The notes below the pieces were generated by a model. The model made no database searches and was not told the origin of the DNA. It saw nothing but the letters and a program-made list of their open reading frames with translations. Made by a program: the position numbers and the translations under genes. Below, piece after piece: positions 37,792-41,846 of a stretch of DNA of 41,846 nucleotides (the stretch's first letter is position 1; each line of letters starts with the position of its first letter). Source of the stretch: an uncultured Chthonomonadaceae bacterium (GTDB taxonomy: Bacteria; Armatimonadota; Chthonomonadetes; Chthonomonadales; Chthonomonadaceae); NCBI GenBank assembly GCA_963835065.1, contig CAWIEK010000029.1, forward strand, positions 1-41,846. Reading direction: 5' to 3'.

Positions 37792-38300
37792 GCTAATGGA
37801 GCAGCCAACGCCTGCGGCAAGGCAGCGCGAAGCCGGTCATATACAGCGGGCAGGCTTTCGGGAATTACGCGAGTATCGGCCAGAACGGTCATAAAGTTGG
37901 TGTCGCCGTTCCACCGGGGAACAATGTGCCAGTGCAGATGCTCGGCAATTCCCGCGCCTGCTCCGCGTCCCATGTTTACGCCGCAGTTGTACGCATGGGG
38001 CGCGAACGCGGACTGGAGCATCCGCAGGGCAATGCGGGTCAGTTCCATCACTTCCAGCAGTTCTTCGGGTGCGTATGCTTCCATCGTGGCGGTATGCCGG
38101 TAGGGAACGACCATGACATGTCCGTTGCTGTAGGGGAACGCATTCAGGATGATGAAGGCGTATTTGCCCCGATGCACAATGAAGTTGGCCGCATCGTGGT
38201 CTTCCCCTTCGGCGGGAAAGTCGCAGAAGATGCAGCCGCCGGGCTTGTCCGCCGCCTCGATGTACTTCAAGCGCCAGGGCGCCCAGAGTTGTTCCGACAT
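37761..38300 (-). CDS. HIT family protein (Ap4A phosphorylase/hydrolase-like)
   Basis: LWAPWR..YI, CIFC, LN.FPY..GH, N.G..AGAGI..HLHWHIVPRW.GD.NFM. Confidence 0.93.
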   Translation of the reverse strand: MSEQLWAPWRLKYIEAADKPGGCIFCDFPAEGEDHDAANFIVHRGKYAFIILNAFPYSNGHVMVVPYRHTATMEAYAPEELLEVMELTRIALRMLQSAFAPHAYNCGVNMGRGAGAGIAEHLHWHIVPRWNGDTNFMTVLADTRVIPESLPAVYDRLRAALPQALAAPLASGALQSPAI

Positions 38301-38310
38301 AAGCCTGTGC

Positions 38311-39087
38311 TTACTCCTTGCTTTTCGCCCCCGAACCAGGAGAAGCGCTGCCGGACTTGGCAGGTTTCGGCGGCACGAATTGCGCGGTGGGTTTGGCAAG
38401 CCATTCCACTTTCAGGACGGGATGCAGTTGGATTAAATTGCCTTCAACGGGCTTGTCGCCATACGCGCGTCCGAAGTAGCCGATACCCGTAATACGCGCA
38501 TGTCCGCTCACGGTCTTTAGCGTCTTTTCCGGCGTGAATTTGTTGGCAAAGGCAATGCGGGCTTCGCGCATCTGCTTGACAAACGGAGCGTTCGGGTCTA
38601 CAAAATCGGGAGCCGTGTCGGGCATTTCCATCACGATAGTTTTGCCGGACGCGCCGCGCAACGTGACCCGGTAATCGCCATCCGGCATCAGACGGCAATC
38701 CGTAACATCCACTTCAACGGAATAAACGGTTGTTTCCACCGGACGGGCGCGATGCTCCTGCATATTAGGGTTGCTTTCCCGAAGCGGCAGATCAACCGAA
38801 CGAGGCAGGTTGAGCAGATTTTCCACGCTGGTCTTTTCCGGCGTGGGGTTGATGCTGCGGGCATCCGGGTCGGTGGCGGTTTTCACCGGCCAGCGATCCT
38901 TGCCGGGGCGAATGGTTTGTCCGGGGGTATCAGCCGGCTTCGCGGTAGCTTTGCCGGTTTCGGTTCTGCCCGGTTCCGTTTTGCCGGGCGGGGGCGGGTT
39001 CGCCTGAAACGCTTTGACCGGCTGCCAGGCGGCAAGCGCAGCCACGCACAGGCCGGCAATGCAGAAAGTGGAAAGGGAAACGCGCAT
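38311..39087 (-). CDS. Secreted hypothetical protein, possible OB-fold (RWPVKT ... LHPV family)
   Basis: Signal peptide; RWPVKT..D.DA, DGDYRV.L, ITG.GYF, IQLHPV. Confidence 0.75.
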   Translation of the reverse strand: MRVSLSTFCIAGLCVAALAAWQPVKAFQANPPPPGKTEPGRTETGKATAKPADTPGQTIRPGKDRWPVKTATDPDARSINPTPEKTSVENLLNLPRSVDLPLRESNPNMQEHRARPVETTVYSVEVDVTDCRLMPDGDYRVTLRGASGKTIVMEMPDTAPDFVDPNAPFVKQMREARIAFANKFTPEKTLKTVSGHARITGIGYFGRAYGDKPVEGNLIQLHPVLKVEWLAKPTAQFVPPKPAKSGSASPGSGAKSKE

Positions 39088-39213
39088 AACAACTCCTTAT
39101 CGTTGTGGGCAGGTACAATCTCGCCAAAAGTTTTCAGGACGCCAGAATAAATGGGTGCAGGAGAAAAGACCTTTGAAAAACACTATTCAGGTTAATTATA
39201 CACGAAAAATCGC

Positions 39214-39242
39214 TTGACAATCTTTGTCTGTCGCGTTATACT
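39214..39242 (+). promoter_or_regulatory. Sigma70-type promoter for the prepilin-like gene, overlapped by palindrome GACAA-tct-TTGTC
   Basis: TTGACA-N17-TATACT. Confidence 0.7.
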
Positions 39243-39443
39243 TGTCAAAGCAGAAGTTTTCGTTGACCGCTTGTGCCATTGTCTCTACTTTCCTGCTCGC
39301 TTTTCTTTCCAGTCTTTGAGGATGAAGCCGTCCTTATGCCATCTTCCGCATATTCGAGTGCCTTGTTCCGCAGCCGTCTTATTCAACAAGAATTTTTCTG
39401 CTGACGTATCTCTCTGCAACTGTCTGAATTTCTGGAGAATGAA

Positions 39444-40385
39444 ATGACACTTTCGCGTCCGCCTGTCGCCCGCCGCCGAACACCCAATACCCAATACCCA
39501 ACACCAAGCACAGGGAACAGGGAACAGGGAACAGGGAACAGGAACCTGTTACTCAACGCTCAACGCTCAACGCTCAACGCTTTCACCCTGATCGAACTGC
39601 TCGTCGTGATCGCCATTATCGCGATTCTCGCGGCTATTCTGTTCCCGGTTTTTGCGCAGGCGCGGGAAAAAGCGCGGCAGACGGCCTGCCTTTCCAACAA
39701 CCGGCAGATCGGGCTTGGCTTGAACATGTACGTGCAGGATTACGACGAATCCTTCCCCCCGGCAGATTACGGCGCAACGGTAACATCGCCTCCCTATACG
39801 CAGTTCGCGTGGTACAGCGGCGCGGGTGGCTCCGTCTTTTATCCGCCCTGCTGCTTCGACCTGCTGCAGCCGTATGAGAAGAACGTTCAGATTCACAAGT
39901 GCCCGTCCGATGCGTCGGGCCTGCCCGCCGCGTTGACGCAGAAAGTAAACGGCGCGGGGCAGCCGCTCCAGCCGCTTTCCTACGCGCTGAATCGTTACTT
40001 CTTCTATGACTTTTCCGTCACGCCGCCCAAATTCAACCCCGCAACCGGAACAACCCTCGCCTCTATCATCGCGCCTGCAAACCGCATTTTCGTCGCGGAA
40101 AGCATATCAGCGTTAGGCCGCGAACTGATTGGTCCGAGCAACTTGAACAATATCACGGGAACGGTTCCCGACAAGCTGTTTACCCGCCACACCGACGGCG
40201 GAACTTATATGTACGCCGACGGCCATGCCAAGTGGCACAAGATGCCCACTTCCTGGACGGCTCCCGCCGCAGCGGGCGGAATTCCTTCCACCGCGTGGAC
40301 ATCCGTTCCCGCTGTCGCAACAACGCCGCCCACCTCGCAGTTTGCGCAGTGGTTCCCCTGGGTAGACGGCCCCGAAACCTGGTAG
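39444..40385 (+). CDS. Prepilin-type N-terminal cleavage/methylation protein with DUF1559 and H-X9-DG motif
   Basis: [44 protein letters not shown]...[26 protein letters not shown]. Confidence 0.93.
   Translation: MTLSRPPVARRRTPNTQYPTPSTGNREQGTGNRNLLLNAQRSTLNAFTLIELLVVIAIIAILAAILFPVFAQAREKARQTACLSNNRQIGLGLNMYVQDYDESFPPADYGATVTSPPYTQFAWYSGAGGSVFYPPCCFDLLQPYEKNVQIHKCPSDASGLPAALTQKVNGAGQPLQPLSYALNRYFFYDFSVTPPKFNPATGTTLASIIAPANRIFVAESISALGRELIGPSNLNNITGTVPDKLFTRHTDGGTYMYADGHAKWHKMPTSWTAPAAAGGIPSTAWTSVPAVATTPPTSQFAQWFPWVDGPETW
39477..39580 (+). repeat. Heptamer arrays (CCCAATA, CAGGGAA, CTCAACG) within the prepilin leader coding region
   Basis: Translated as [20 protein letters not shown] and NAQRSTLNA, directly before the FTLIE site. 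Confidence 0.88.
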
Positions 40386-40394
40386 CCGAGGAAT

Positions 40395-40688
40395 TTTCAC
40401 CACAGAGGCACAGAGACACAGAGGTTTCACAGAGAAAAGAAGAGAGGAGAGATGGAAACCGCGAAACACACGAAATAAACGAAAAAAGACAAAAGAACAA
40501 AACGACAAGAGAAAAACTTGATACGAGTTCGGGAAGAGTTTCACGAACGGTCTTCTCTTCTTTGCCCCCTTTGCCTCTTTGCGGTTCTTTTTGTTTTTCC
40601 TTTTTTCGTCTTGGTTCGTGTATTTCGCGGTTCCCATCTCTATCTCTTCTCTGTGAAACCTCTGTGTCTCTGTGCCTCTGTGGTGAAA
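40395..40688. repeat. Nested palindromic nonamer-repeat elements
   Basis: Perfect 42-bp outer inverted repeat (40395-40436 / 40647-40688); inner imperfect one (about 40448-40474 / 40615-40641); third CTTTGC-type arm at about 40558-40586. Confidence 0.9.
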
Positions 40689-40698
40689 GAATTTCGTA

Positions 40699-41688
40699 TT
40701 ATACGCCTTCGCTCCACGGGTACACCCAGCCGTGCCGCCAGGCGTGGGCGTGAATCTGCGCAATCAGGGCGTCCGGCAGGCGTATGTCGGACGCCATCAT
40801 ATTGGCATCCACATTGGCTAAACGGCGCATCCCAGGCAGAACGCAGGACACGGCGGGATGGTGCAGGCAGTAGCGCAGGGCCAGCAGCGCCAGTGTCGGC
40901 GTTTCCGCATTGAGCAGTTCTTCCAGGGGCGCAACATGGCGCTGCACTTCGGCAAGGCGTTCCGGCGTGAAATACTGGCCGCGCCAGTCGTCCGCGTGGA
41001 ACGTCATGCCCGGACGCAAGCCGCCCGTCAGCGCCCCTTCCTCAAACGGGACGCGGGGCAAAATTCCCACGCCGTTCGCCAGCGCCGCAGGGAACAACTC
41101 CTGTTCGGGCGTCTGCTCGAAGATGTTGTAAATCACCTGTATCGCGTCCACGCGCCCGGATTGCGCCAAACGGACGCCGCTTTCGGGAACGTAGTCGTTG
41201 ATGCTGACGCCGAACGCGCGGATTTTGCCCTGTTCGCGCAGTTTCACAAACGCCTCGTACCAGTCCAGTTGCTCGTTGTACTCGTCCGTCCAGGCATGGA
41301 GTTGGAGCAAATCCAGCGTTTCCACGTTCAGGTTTTTCAGGCTGCGCTCGGCGCACTGAATCACCCAATCTACCGGAAAACTGTCTTTCACGCTCACATC
41401 CGGGCGCAGCGGCCATTTGGACGTTTTTGGCGGCACTTTGCTTGCCACATAAATACGCGCCTGATCGCTTTCCCGCTCCTTCAGTACCTGCCCGATAAGC
41501 GTTTCGGAGTGTCCATCCCCATAGCCATACGCGGTATCCAAAAAATTGCCGCCCAGATCGAGGTAGCGGTGCAGGGCTTGCTTGGCTCCCGCATCGTCTA
41601 CCGCGCCCCATCCGCCGCCAATCCCCCACGCCCCGAACCCGATCTCGCTGACCTGCCAGCCCGTCCGCCCCAATGTTCGATAATGCAT
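40699..41688 (-). CDS. Aldo/keto reductase
   Basis: MHYRTLGRTG..VSEIGFG.W, FLDTAYGYG.G.SE, ASK, LLQLH, GKIRAFGVS; GGAG RBS. Confidence 0.93.
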   Translation of the reverse strand: MHYRTLGRTGWQVSEIGFGAWGIGGGWGAVDDAGAKQALHRYLDLGGNFLDTAYGYGDGHSETLIGQVLKERESDQARIYVASKVPPKTSKWPLRPDVSVKDSFPVDWVIQCAERSLKNLNVETLDLLQLHAWTDEYNEQLDWYEAFVKLREQGKIRAFGVSINDYVPESGVRLAQSGRVDAIQVIYNIFEQTPEQELFPAALANGVGILPRVPFEEGALTGGLRPGMTFHADDWRGQYFTPERLAEVQRHVAPLEELLNAETPTLALLALRYCLHHPAVSCVLPGMRRLANVDANMMASDIRLPDALIAQIHAHAWRHGWVYPWSEGV

Positions 41689-41846
41689 TTGCACTCCTGA
41701 CAACAAAATGATCTTCGCCCTACGTAATACCGAGTTCGCGGGCGGCGCGTTCCAGGGCACTTGCATTGCTTTGTCAGCGCGGTTTCTGCCGCCTGCGGAT
41801 TGCCGGCTGTGAAAGCGTTGTGTTCCATCAGTTTGCGAGAAGCGGA

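Noticed and set aside
5037..38300. ADP-ribose/nucleotide-repair system made of KptA, NADAR and HIT
   Set aside because: The genes are 10-20 kb apart in separate operons; no ADP-ribosyltransferase toxin (DarT-like) lies next to NADAR
41720..41846. 3' end of an upstream minus-strand gene (…ALERAARELGIT*)
   Set aside because: Plausible but short, apparently frameshifted and cut by the window edge; cannot be assigned

Overview
Bacterial chromosomal window, GC-rich by eye. The gene set (prepilin/DUF1559/H-X9-DG protein, STN-domain proteins, anti-sigma-STN fusion, DUF5693-csaB, greA-lysS) suggests Armatimonadota; this is an inference. Most genes are housekeeping: comEA, M28 and S9 peptidases, kptA/tpt1, pcm, lysS, greA, tRNA-Thr(TGT), two aldo/keto reductases, NADAR, Gfo/Idh/MocA, csaB, an ECF sigma/anti-sigma pair, a PhyH dioxygenase, family-4 UDG and a HIT hydrolase. 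Main points of interest: (1) a three-gene Trypco1 / trypsin-AAA_35 / AAA_35-TM-WD40 locus resembling a protease-effector NLR-like conflict system; (2) an ABC-type ATPase plus PD-(D/E)xK-like gene pair; (3) an amber-interrupted phage-type HNH gene overlapping the 5' end of tRNA-Thr; (4) a lipoprotein cytochrome c with a contracted CxCH heme motif; (5) many palindromic elements built from 7-9-nt tandem repeats, found between genes, nested, and inserted in-frame in proteins; (6) a candidate terminator in the greA leader. Several genes, including essential lysS, carry frameshifts, so the sequence probably has long-read-type indel errors and pseudogene calls need caution. All family assignments are by motif recognition, not database search.
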